Of a DNA stretch of 64,000 bases, positions 1 to 11,478 are shown piece after piece. Position numbers and translations under genes: made by a program. The first letter of the stretch is position 1. Every line of letters starts with the position of its first letter. This stretch comes from Bilabrum cf. latius (Eukaryota). The stretch is from the NCBI GenBank assembly GCA_965178125.1, contig OZ237755.1, forward strand, positions 806,001 to 870,000, given 5' to 3'. Under the pieces are notes generated by a model. The model was not told where the DNA came from. It worked only from the letters and a program-made list of their open reading frames with translations, and ran no database searches.

Positions 1-917
1 TGCCTGTGACGCACCTACCGGTGGGCCGCGCGCATCGACTGCACCCGTACATGCCAACTGGAAGCAAAGCGCAGCCAGCAGCCATCGCCCTTCACACCCA
101 CATCGCAAGCAAGTATCCTTAGGATGCGATGTACACACCGGCGGGCGCAGCTGCTGGGGGCATGCATTCGGGTGCCTCGGCCCACGCAGAGAACAATGCG
201 CCTCTGGGATACGAAACGTGGGAATCAAGGGGTTCTCGCGCCGCCGCAGCTGCCAAAAAGCACGGTGGGGGTGCCGGCCTCGAGGCTGCTTTCATACCCG
301 ACGAGGTGGGGGGAGTGGGTGAGCAGCCAAGCATGGCAAGCAGTGCGGACAGCGGTACACCCACAGCCATGGGAGGGGTCGGGCCCGGCGTGGGTGGGAT
401 CATGGATGGTGCTGCCGCGCTGGAGGGGCGAGGGACGGTGCACGCCGCGAGAGCAGCAGCACGGGCGGCCCAGTCGCAGGGCACTGGCGATGCAGCAGCG
501 GTGGCTGCCGCAGCCGCCACAGCCGCCATCACAAGCGGCCAGCCGGACACGGCTAGGAGGGAAGGCAGCGCGGGCGGGCCAGGCACCGGCCGGGGGCAGG
601 CGTCCATGAGCAGCAGCAGGAGCATGGGCAGGGGCAGGGATGCCGATGCACCGCACTCGTCATACACCCAAGACGACACGACGCTGGGCGGGGTGCAGCA
701 GGGGCAGGAGCAGGACAGGTACGAGAGGCGGGTGGCGGCTGTCGCGCGGCAGAACAGGCCCGTGGCAGTCGCGGCTCTGCGAGAGGAGCTATCGATGCGG
801 GCTCGGCTGGCTGCCGACCGAAGTGGGACGGGCGGGAGCTCCCGGTCGGGCGTGAGGGGCGCTGGTGGAGCGGTCTTGAGCCCACTAGCTGCAAGGTCTG
901 CGGCAGGGCTCGGCTAA
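1..917 (+). CDS. 3' end of a low-complexity Ala/Gly-rich hypothetical protein (runs in from the window edge)
   Basis: Frame 3 is open from the window start through an in-frame TAG at 120-122 to TAA at 915-917. No recognisable domain. Confidence 0.5.
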
Positions 918-999
918 TGGCAGGGTGCATCGCACTGAAATGCGTCGAACCATGGCGTCATCAATATCTTGTTCTCATTCGTTCACCACAGTCTTCGGA

Positions 1000-3900
1000 A
1001 TGTATTTCAATAGTATTTGTTGCTTTGTATGTCTGGTGGCATCGCGGGGTTCGTTTGCCGCTACGTGCAATGCCTCCACTGTGGTCAGACTGCTATCCCA
1101 AGGAAAAGTTCTAAGCTCTGAACTTGTTGAGGCTTCCTCGCAAGCCATGAAAGCTGGGATAAGCACGCAATATGAAAACGCGACCCTTGCGGTCGCGCAG
1201 CAGTTCATGTCGCAGTACATTGAGAGAGATCTGCTGCACGGAAACTCGTCAGGATTCGTAGCTTCTATCCTGGGTTGGGATGTGTACCACGAGAAAGAAA
1301 CGCCCGAAAAGGCATATTCCGATGCGCAGGATCAGCTATGCGTTGAAGCTGCTCAGGTAGTCACGCAGCTGTAGCTTGCCATCGAAGCCATCGAGCAGGT
1401 GGTGAAGCCTGGGGCCCCAAGGCGCCCGGTTGCCCCAAACAGTGCCCCCCTAGCTGTCTCTGCAGGATGGGACGCATCCTCTGGCTTGCTGCGAGCAACT
1501 TCGGCAGCAGATGCGGGCAGAGTTGTGTATCCATCCAGCTACTGCTACGCACTTTGCCCCGTCCCGTTCCCGCCAGCAGATCTGCAAGGGGTGCGATCCA
1601 TCACTGGCGCGCACACAATGTCATACCAGGGCGTGCACTTGAGTGACACCCTGCTTCCTGCAGAGGGGGTGGTCAACACCACCGAAATCGGTGCTCTCGC
1701 AGAGCGAGCGCGGGACGCGCAACAGCGCAACGGGCTGCGCGTCCACATGTTTCTGGACCAAAGAGCCATCCCCAGCTGGGCCGAGGCAGCGTATCCGGGC
1801 ATCACGAACTACACGAACCACGACATTGCGTTTCAGATGGACCATCCTGCAGCTAAGACGCTATGGTAGTCGGTACTGAGCCGCCTGATGCCAGCACTGC
1901 AGCAGGCCCTACGTCCGGGCACGTCGCAGCCCCTAGGTGAAGGTCGAAGCCCAGCTGCTGCTGCTGCCGACGACTACATGCCTCTGAGCTACATGGTGTG
2001 CAACGAGTGCGGGTTTGACGTCGTTGGCGGGCCGTACGGGCTTGCTGCCTTTCGCGACTGGCTGCGTGCGCCCAGCCAGTACAACGGTAGCATCGTTGCC
2101 CTCAACGCGATGTGGGGCACCAATTATGCGTCATTTGAAGACGTTGATGGATTCCCTAGCGATGCGCCTGAGAACACCGACCGAGCAGTCCCGCCCTCGT
2201 CCCCCGAAGCAGCCGGCACGGCCCAAAGCGAGTCGCCCTCTGTATCCCCAAGCATCCGCGTGCCACATCAGGCGGCAGGGTATTACGACTTTGCACGATT
2301 TATGGGTCAGAGACCAGCCGATTTCTTTGGCTGGATGCTGGAGGAGATCCGCAAATACCATCCAGGAGCCAGGGGCCACATCAAGTCGCAGAATCACGGC
2401 AGCTTTGGTGCGGGCGGCGCCAGCGGCGGCATCGATCGCGAGCTTGTGGCGAGGCGCCTTGGCATCGTTGGTGCCGACACCCGCTCGATGCCGGGCAAGT
2501 ACAGCAAGCTGTGGGCACCCTATCAGGAGACGTCTTGGCAGTCCTTCGACTGGCGCGCCCCTGCCCTAGGCTACGCGCTCATGCGGGGCATCGGGCGAAT
2601 CCCCCAGCCTCCGAGCCTTGCTCCTAGTGGAGCAGCAGCAGCTGGGCCGCAAACGTGCGGGCCCCGGTCGTTGCGCTCTCCCGGGGCCGCAAAAGCGAGT
2701 CTGTCAGGGCCCGTTGCGTGGCAGTAGCTGCCCGCTCTCGAGTCAGAGCTGCACGCAGTGAGCATGTCGAATGCTCGGGCTCGCAACATCAGCGCCAAGC
2801 ACATGCGCGCTGTCCTGCTCCTATCTCACGCGGCTGGAATCAGCGGCCACACTGCTTGGTTCTGGGACCGCACGGCGAATGGCACCGTTGCAAAGTCGGG
2901 TTTCCTGGGTGTGTGGTCCGACACCTACAGTGACAAAGATTGGCGGGAGACGAGCGTGCGGGCGAGCGCGGCAGCTGGCTCCATGTCAACTGCGCCTCAG
3001 AACGGTAACTCGGGCTTTGCCTTTTCCAGCGCCATGTTTCCCTCCGTCGTGGACGGTGCCGCGCGGACCATGCTGCAGATCAACGCAGCCAGCGAGGCGA
3101 TTGCAGCGCTGGCTGATGCGTCGGGCAAGGACGCCACCGTAGTCTGCGTGCTCCACTCGATCCCTTCAGGTGTTCTCGGGCAGCACGCATTCGGCCAAGC
3201 TTAGATTACTGCCATGGAAGCTGCGCTGCTGTACGGGGGCAGGTAGGTCAGGATTGTGACGGACAGGCAAATAATAGAAGCGGGAAGCGGTGCGATGGAA
3301 GGATGTGCTGCGCTTGTGCTGCCTGCGGTCGGGTATGCTCAGGACGAGGTCGTGGGTGGAGTTCGATCGTGGGCTATAGCTCAGCGGGCGCGACTCTCTG
3401 GCCATCTGAGCGAGGATGGTATGGGCGAAGCAGGCAGCCTTCCCTTGCTTGTCCTGCGAGCAAACGGGACTGTCGGCAGCCGAGGTGTTGTGCATGCAGA
3501 TGATACTCAGGCCGGAGATGTTCCAGCACGGCAGCTTGCTTTCGGCTGGGACGAGCACGGGCGGCCTCGCTCTGATGGCGATTTGCAGTTCCTGCTGGAC
3601 TCATTCCACATCGAGCCAATGGAGCCAAGAGGACTGCTTCAGCAGTGGATGGAGCCCGCTCTTGTCAAGCTAGGCGCGAGCCGACCGCTCGTGTGGGTGG
3701 ATCCAAACAGCGGGGTCCAGGCGCAGGGCCTCCTCTCTCGATGGGCTCCCATGCCCGGGGAAGGGCAAGGCATTCTGATTCGGATGCCCACCCAGCAGGC
3801 CGATGGCAGCGAGGTTTTCGTCGTCTTTGTCGTAAATGTGAGCGACAAACCAGTGCAGGCTGCTCTATGCGGTGGCATCGCGGCCGCTCCGGTGCTCCCG

Positions 3901-4059
3901 TCCGCGCCCCGGTCCATCGCGCTGCAAGAGAGGTGCGTGCAGAACGCCACCGACGCTGCTACTGCCTAGGAGGTTGAGCTAGGGGGCGCAGATGGCATCG
4001 TGCTGCAACCATCCGACAGCCTCCTACTACTAGTCACATTACCGATTGCCCTCACTTGA
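1000..4059 (+). CDS. Secreted beta-galactosidase-like glycoside hydrolase (GH42-like), ~1020 aa with TAG=Gln
   Basis: Five same-frame ORF pieces joined by TAGs at 1372, 1867, 2725, 3202, 3244 and 3967, ending TGA 4057-4059. Motifs CNECGF, AFRDWLR..YNGSIVALNAMWGTNYASFEDV, YYDFARF and ESELH fit GH42. Hydrophobic N-terminus. The start could instead be 940 or 952. Confidence 0.75.
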
Positions 4060-4386
4060 AAAATGGAATGGGAAAGGGAAAGGAGAGGAACCTAGGCTTA
4101 ATATAATGTAATCCACACAATACTCCTAACGCCGAATGGGGTTCGGTGTTGATGTCAGAGTGGGAGCGCGGGAACGTCTCGGTGGGTTCCGCGAGCGGTC
4201 GCCAGCCCCGTGTTAGCGTGCGAATGAGCGAGCAGTGCCGAGCACACGAAGCAAGGCCAAACCGCACAAGAAGCTCAGTAGGGTCTCGTACTCCTTGCTC
4301 TCAGCACCTGCACTGCCTCTTTAGCATCAATACCAGCAAGCCACAGTGACCTGCCCAGCGCAGCACCACCTTCTCAACAGCCCACC
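3974..4386 (+). repeat. Left copy of a decayed direct duplication (partner 10650-11478)
   Basis: Collinear shared blocks: TTGAGCT(A/C)GGGGGCGCAGATGGCATC (3974/10650), ACCGATTGCC (4041/11064), a long block 4237-4375 vs 11151-11310, and TCAACAGCCCAC (4373/11467). Confidence 0.75.
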
Positions 4387-5463
4387 GCTTGATTCGCACG
4401 CTACCCCCCCCCCACCCCTGCGGCACACTCGCACCACCCGTCCCCATGACTAGCCCTCCTTGCGCACATCTAGCGTGTTCTCCATGCACTCGTCTCACAC
4501 CATCCTCAGTTTTCTCATTCCTCTGCTCACTGCACTTCTCCTTCCCCTTCCCCTTCCTCTGCCTCCCCCCCCTTCTTCTCCTCCCCCTCCCCATCCTGTC
4601 CCGCTTCCGCCTCCCCCTTTCCGCGTGTCTGCACAGCCCTAAAGGCACGCAGGCAGCAACACAGTTCGCCGGGGGCTGCATGGCACATGTATGACGTGAC
4701 CAACGAAGGCAATACCGGCACAATGACGGGACTACCACGAAGGCGAATATCGTGCACACAGTCACATCCAGTATCATCAAGGTCGCTGCATTCAAGCAAT
4801 AGGATTTGATCAGCAAATCTCCATCCTTCCTCCCGCACTCATACCGCAAGGCCTGCCATATCCTTCCCCCATCATCAGGATTATAACGACTCTCAACCAG
4901 ATCCGCGTACAATTTGTCTATTGCTTCTCGCCACACCTCAGTGCACATAGCAAGCACACAGCCTGCAACTAGCATGTGTACTGCATATGTGCACAATCTT
5001 GCGCATCCTGCTGTCCAGCAATGAGCTCGTTCTCTTGCTTCGATGCCGGTCTTGCTGGCCTTGAACCGATACAGCGCAACATCGCGGTCGAACAATTGGG
5101 CGATGCGCGAAGAGCAACACTTGTAACAGCACAGCAACGGAATATAGTCCTCCAGAGTATCCATGCCATGAAGGCACGCGCGTTCGCCTCCCTATACAGC
5201 TTTGAGCTACGTAGTCTTGCTAGCGATGGGGATAGGAGCGACGCAGCTCCCCCGCTAGGAGCGGGAAGCGTCGACGTTTGACGCGCTAGGTTCAGGACTT
5301 TTGCATCTTTTCCGTGGACGCGAGGTGGCGCGACTTGGCATCGGGTGATCAAGCGTTGAGCAGCGGGCGACAAGTCTGGAGGCTGGGTGGTATACGGACG
5401 GGAACGCCGCGTACCGTATTCAAGTTGAGATAATTTCACACAACAAAACCTATCGAAAGTTCT

Positions 5464-5857
5464 TACCACACTATGTACTCACGGGTCATGCAGGACCACT
5501 CAAGGATCCTCGATTTTGTCTCGAAGGGATCGAGGAGGGCTGCAGCGAAGGCCAAACGGGCGCTCGCAAGGGCGGTCCGGGAGGACTTCGCCAGCCTGGC
5601 TGTAGGGGCAGCCGAAAACAACAACCTCGCCGTGGCGATCGCCAACGTCAAGGCAGGGTTGGCTCAGAACGGGCAGCAGGACGGGGTGCCGGCAGCGGGC
5701 GCCGGAGGGAACGTGAACGCTGACGCTCCCCAGGGGGAAATGGGTCCCCAGGGTGGAGCTTAGGTGGTTTAGGCCATTGCAGCTGAAGCGTGAAGTCTGG
5801 TAGGTCCCGGGCCCTCGTTCCAGATGTTTCTTCGTGATAGCGTGCGCTTTTGAGTTG
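5464..5857 (+). repeat. Dispersed repeat carrying the 3' end of an ORF (MYSRVMQDHSRILDFV...AIAAEA, TGA 5791-5793); second copy at ~57325-57700 (-)
   Basis: Near-identical translation in both copies. It lies next to fragments of the non-LTR element at both loci, so it is possibly part of that element or of a sister family. Confidence 0.75.
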
Positions 5858-5889
5858 TGAAAAGTCGTATCGTTACATTCAATCATCAT
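5855..5889. repeat. 35-bp inverted repeat, partner 7318-7352
   Basis: TTGTGAAAAGTCGTATCGTTACATTCAATCATCAT is the exact reverse complement of 7318-7352. Confidence 0.9.
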
Positions 5890-7326
5890 TATGCTGGAGC
5901 ACGAAGCAGGCAAACTGTTGGGCGAGACCCCCCTCGACTACACGCGGCAACAACGGCAACAGGTGCAGGACGTGAGGATCGCAATTCGCTCACGCAGGAG
6001 TGCACACACAGCAGAACCCATCAGGCAATGCCACGGAGGCATCACTGAGGCAGTCTTCCAACAGGAGGTATGCGCCAGGCTGTACGTGCCCTACGTCAAA
6101 GCGCGCCCCATCGCTCAGCTGCGGACCAAGCTGACGACAGAGGGGCAGCAAGACCTCGAGAAGGAGAAGAACCACACGTGCCCGATGCCCAGGTGTGGTA
6201 AGGAGGGATATTTGCACGACCCACTGCATTGGGCACGGTGCGGATCAGGAAAACAGCACACATTCCAGAAGGGCTTCGCCACGCGAGGCAGCGTGACAAT
6301 CGAAGAGATCCTCGGCAACATCATCAACACCGCCGTAGGATTTCGTAGAACGATGAAGCCACGTGGGCTGTTCAAGGAGAGAGGTAGGTACGCGGACGCG
6401 ATCTACACAAGGAAGGATGGCATCAACGTAGTCGTCGACGTGCTTGTGGCACAAGCACACACGGGCAAGTATGCACGCCACATTTTCGACGAAACGAGGG
6501 GACCAGGCAAGCGGTCGGGGGCAGACTGGCAGAACGAGAGCGCACTATACGCAGGGGCGTAGGTGAAGCTGCAGATGTACTACCAACCCAAGGACCAGAC
6601 GAGGCTGATCGCAGGACAGGTGCGGGTGGGAGGCAACGCGCCCAGCGAGAAGGTCTGCAAACACCTGAAGTACCCGGAGAGGTACATTTTCCGAGACTTC
6701 GTCGTTCTACACACCGGGAAACTTGGTACCGGCGCATGGAAGGTCTTAGAGGAACTGGCGAGGATCAGGCGAGAGCGAGTTGGGCCAGAACAGAGCAAGA
6801 GCGTGGACGCACAGGTCAGGACGTGGGCCAGGCGCATCACGATGAGTTTGGCAACGACACGGGCGAAGTACATGAACGACTATTACAAACATGTTCAGCT
6901 GGTTACTACGCGCCGTGCCATTGCCGAGGAGGAGAAGAGGAGGGAGGACGCAGAGAGAGCGGAACAGCAACAGGAAGCAGCAGCAATGGCAGCGGCAGGT
7001 GAGGCGGCAGAGGCCGCAGCACTCGCAGCAGTCGTTGAACAGACCGAAGCTGAAGCCGACCAGCAGCAGGGAGAATTGCCGGTCGCACTCAACCTGCAGG
7101 GCGGAGCCCGGGGAGGAGCAGTCGCAGCTGCTGACCCTGGCGAAGCACCTCCTCAAGGGATCGAGCCCGAGGATCCAGGAGCTCCAGCTGCAGCACAACC
7201 CCACCACGGCGGGGTATAGGTGCTTCTGGATCATCCTGAGTGAACTCGGGAGTCTCGATGAGTGCCACAGAGATTAAGTGTTGGACGAGGGTCCGATACG
7301 AAATCTCGAAGGTGATGATGATGATT
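5890..7326 (+). mobile_element. 5'-truncated 3' part of a non-LTR retrotransposon (CCHC finger + REL endonuclease); left arm of a palindrome
   Basis: Reverse complement of 7352-8788. Encodes CPMPRC..HWARC, RYADAIY..VVVDV and FRDFVVLHTGKLG, stops at TGA 7241-7243, and ends in a (GAT)n tail. Confidence 0.85.
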
Positions 7327-7351
7327 GAATGTAACGATACGACTTTTCACA

Positions 7352-10300
7352 AATCATCATCGTCACCTTCGAGATCTCGCATCGGACCCTCGTCCAACAC
7401 TTAATCTCTGTGGCACTCATCGAGACTCCCGAGTTCACTCAGGATGATCCAGAAGCACCTATACCCCGCCGTGGTGGGGTTGTGCTGCAGCTGGAGCTCC
7501 TGGATCCTCGGGCTCGATCTCTTGAGGAGGTGCTTCGCCAGGGTCAGCAGCTGCGACTGCTCCTCCCCGGATTCCGCCCTGCAGGTTGAGTGCGACCGGC
7601 AATTCTTCCTGCTGCTGGTCGGCTTCAGCTTCGGTCTGTTCAACGACTGCTGCGAGTGCTGCGGCCTCTGCCGCCTCACCTGCCGCTGCCACTGCTGCTG
7701 CTTCCTGTTGCTGTTCCGCTCTCTCTGCGTCCTCCCTCCTCTTCTCCTCCTCGGCAATGGCACGGCGCGTAGTAACCAGCTGAACATGTTTGTAATAATC
7801 GTTCATGTACTTCGCCCGTGTCGTTGCCAAACTCATCGTGATGCGCCTGGCCCACGTCCTGACCTGTGCGTCCACGCTCTTGCTCTGCTCTGGCCCAACT
7901 CGCTCTCGCCTGATCCTCGCCAGCTCCTCTAAGACCTTCCATGCGCCGGTTCCTAGTTTCCCGGTGTGTAGAACGACGAAGTCCCGGAAAATGTACCTCC
8001 CCGGGTATTTCAGGTGTTTGCAGACCTTCTCGCTGGGCGCGTTGCCTCCCACCGGCACCTGTCCCGCGATCAGCCTCGTCTAGTCCTTGGGTTGGTAGTA
8101 CATCTGCAGCTTCACCTACGCCCCTGCGTATAGTGCGCTCTCGTTCTGCCAGTCTGACCCCGACCGCTTGCCTGGTCCCCTCGTTTCGTCGAAAATGTGG
8201 CGTGCATACTTGCCCGTGTGTGCTTGTGCCACAAGCACGTCGACGACTACGTTGGTGCCATCCTTCCTTGTGTAGATCGCGTCCGCGTACCTACCTCTCT
8301 CCTTGAACAGCCCACGTGGTTTCATCGTTCTACGAAATCCTACGGCGGTGTTGATGATGTTGCCGAGGATCCCTTCGATTTCCCCACTGCCTCGCGTGGC
8401 GAAGCCCTTCTGGAATGTGTGCTGTTTTCCTGATCCGCACCGTGCCCAATGCAGTGGGTCGTGCAAATATCCCTCCTTGCCACACCTGGGCATCGGGCAC
8501 GTGTGGTTCTTCTCCTTCTCGAGGTCGTGCTGCCCCTCTGTCGTCAGCTTGGTCCGCAGCTGAGCGATGGGGCGCGCTTTGACGTAGGGCACGTACAGCC
8601 TGGCGCATACCTCCTGTTGGAAGACTGCCTCAGTGATGCCTCCGTGGCACTGCCTGATGGGTTCAGCTGTGTGTGCACTCCTGCGTGAGCGAATTGCGAT
8701 CCTCACGTCCTGCACCTGTTGCCGTTGTTGCCACGTGTAGTCGAGGGGGGTCTCGCCCAACAGTTTGCCTGCTTCGTGCTCCAACATAAAACGTTCGCAC
8801 TAGGCGTACGCTGCTGCAGCCCTGAGCAGGCTCTGATGGTTGCCTCCCATGATGACGCGCTCTGGTCCTGCCTACTACAGCTTCAGATGCACCCAGTCTG
8901 ACAGGTTCTTACTCTCCATGAGCCATGCTGGGGGTTTTGGTATCGCCTTCTTTGCTCGAGCGAGACGATCCGTCCCGGTGGACGGTCCCCGTTCTGCGGG
9001 TGGGGGTGGAGTCGGATCTCCGGGGATCTCGAGTGATTTGCCAGGCGGGGGCATGATCACGTTTGCCAACTTGGGTCCTGTCTGCGGGTCTCGAGCAGCT
9101 GCTTGGAACTTCTGTGAGTTCCATACTGTCTGTAGGAAAGTGGGAAACAAATCGGTGGCGAGAGGCTGGAATGGCTATACGTTCCGCTCGAGCTCGTTGG
9201 GCAGTTCCTTCTTGCCCCAAATCAGCCTCTTCATCTTGTCCAAGGTGTACCTGAGGGCCCAGTCTGCCACCTCCAGCAGGGGGGCACTGTGTAGGCCAAA
9301 GGAGGGAGCCCGCTGCTCAACCTCTCCGTCTCTCGCCGGCTCGACCAGGGAGTCGAGAGAGTTCAGGTATGGTAGGTCATACTTCTTCCCCATGCTGAAC
9401 AGACCCGCCACGACGTCCAGGCACATTCCTGAAAACATCGCGAGTCTGATCAGCAGTGGGGGTACCAGACCTATGTCCAGGCCACCTTGCGCCTGAGACG
9501 AATTTCTTGCCTGCTTGGCAATGGCGATTCTGAGCTAATCGTCCAGTTTCTCGAGCATTGTCGAGTTGAAATTGGAAGCGTAGTCGCCGATCACTTGGGA
9601 CAAACGCTCCAATTTGGCAAACGTGCCGCTGCCCGTGAGGCCCAGCGTGGTGCCCGACCTGTGAAGGTGGTCCCACATGGGTTTCACGCAGTCTCGGAAC
9701 GCTCGGAAAGCCTCGGAGGGTGGCAGCTGCACACAGAACATGCTCAGCTGACAACATCTCTTGACTCTGTCCTTGACGAAGTCCTCCACGAACTGCCGCT
9801 TGTTGGAGATGGGCACCCCAGCCACGACCATCCCGTCGGCTTGGGTGCGTCCCTCCAGCCGGCCCGCGGCAATCGAGGCATTGACCTGAGTCAGCGCATC
9901 TGAGGAGTTCGAATAGAACGCGGTCTTGCTGCCTTGCAGCTCGAGACCATCCACACTGAGTTCATGCTTCAGTGTGGCGAAAGCAGGGACTATGTCATCA
10001 TGCAGGCCTAGCATGAACACGTCGTCCGCGATTGCAAGGAACATCACGTCCTTGCCCGTGTGGCCTTCCTCTTCCCGCACCTTTTTCAGTGCTCGGTCGA
10101 GGGCGAGGCAGAAGATCGGTGCGCTGAGAGGAGAGCCCTAGGGCACCCCCTCACAGTTCATCGTCACCTCTACCTCGCCATCTCCACCAACCACTGAGCC
10201 CAGCCCGGCTGTCCGGAACTGAGCGGCGACGTAGGGGAGCGCCTCGGACTTGAACTTCTTGAGTGCCTCAAGAACTGCTGCCCGTTTGATGGACCCGAAC

Positions 10301-10440
10301 GCATTCTTCGCGTCACAGTGTACCAGGAGAACTTCGTCTCGCAGGCCCATCACGAAACGTGCCGCAAAAGCGATTGCGTCTGTTCCGCATTTTGCCCCTC
10401 CCCCGAACTGCTCTGGGCAGCAGTGCTGAGTTGAGTCCAC
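7352..10440 (-). mobile_element. Non-LTR retrotransposon with restriction-like endonuclease (CRE/R2-type superfamily), 5'-truncated
   Basis: Single ORF with RT then CCHC zinc finger then REL endonuclease, and a (GAT)n 3' tail. An in-frame TGA lies just upstream of 10440. Clade assignment is inferred from motifs. Confidence 0.85.
7435..10440 (-). CDS. Reverse transcriptase-endonuclease polyprotein (~1000 aa, continuous with TAG=Gln)
   Basis: Six same-frame pieces separated only by TAG. Motifs QFGGG..GTD, HCDAKNAFGSI.R, GVP*GSPLS, FLAIADDV, GLELQGSKT, VAGVPI, GGLDI, CCHC, RYAD..D. Stop TGA 7435-7437. Confidence 0.85.
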
Positions 10441-10649
10441 AAAATATCAGATCCCCCAAAGTTCTTCAACTTTCGGCGCCGGTATCCGGGTCGGCTTGAG
10501 CGAGTTGCCCTTGCGCTACTCCCGGATCCGCCGAATTGTCTATATTCCTGGGTGCATCGTTAGCATCCTGTCCCTACTGAAGTCCAGTATGCTGTGTACG
10601 ATGTGTGATTTCTAGCGGACATGCCCTGCCGGCAATACTGCCAAGCAGC

Positions 10650-11478
10650 TTGAGCTCGGGGGCGCAGATGGCATCAAAAATCAGAGCGCCCCACCTCGCT
10701 CTCTTGTCGCCTACGGCTGCAGCACCACGTCCGACTTATCTGTGGTTGCGTATCCTTCCGATGGCGGCATCGGGATAGGGGGATACAATCCCCCCATCCT
10801 AGCCCGGAACTCCTCCGGGTACCCGGCCCCACCACCCCTTCCTACATTCCTGCCCTGTCTGTGCCCCCCGCTTCGTCCACCCCGCCCACCTCGTCCACCT
10901 CGTCCACATTTCCTCCATTCCACCAACCCCCCTTGTACTTATCCTTCACCTCAATCACGCCACACGACTTGTCGACTCGCCCGAGAGCTGCGCGACCTCA
11001 GGCTTAGAGGTGCAAGCCCCTCGCGCACAAGCATCAGACAGCCTGCTTTGCGCGAGTCACCGCACCGATTGCCTTAACTTTTAAAACGAAAAATTGAGTA
11101 GTTGACCTGACCTTCTTGATTTATAATGAGCTAGGGGGGGGGGGGGCACTGCCGAGCACACGAAGCATTCCATTGGTCTACGGATTATATCAGCAAGGCA
11201 AAACCGCACAAGAAGCTCAGTCAGGTCTCGTAATCCTTGCCCTCAGCACCTGCACTGCCTCTTCAGTCTCAACACCGGCAAGCCACAGTGACCTGCCCAG
11301 CGCGGCACACTGGCTCTCATGCTACACGTTCGCGCGCAAATCCGCCTTATCGCGCCCCTGGAAGTGTTCATCGTTTAGCAGCATGCTGCCCAGCCCCTGC
11401 GAGTGGTCGGGGATCCTAGCCAGCATCTCAGCTGCGTCTCTAGGCTGCACGGGGGTCAGGAGCGCCTCAACAGCCCAC
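10650..11478 (+). repeat. Right copy of the decayed direct duplication (partner 3974-4386)
   Basis: Same collinear blocks. This copy carries the intact 3' end of the 11217-16559 gene, while its GH42-like part is decayed. Confidence 0.7.

Noticed and set aside
4301-5164. 287-aa minus-strand ORF as a membrane protein gene
   Set aside because: No recognisable motif. Its 3' half runs through a purine-rich low-complexity tract and the decayed duplication.
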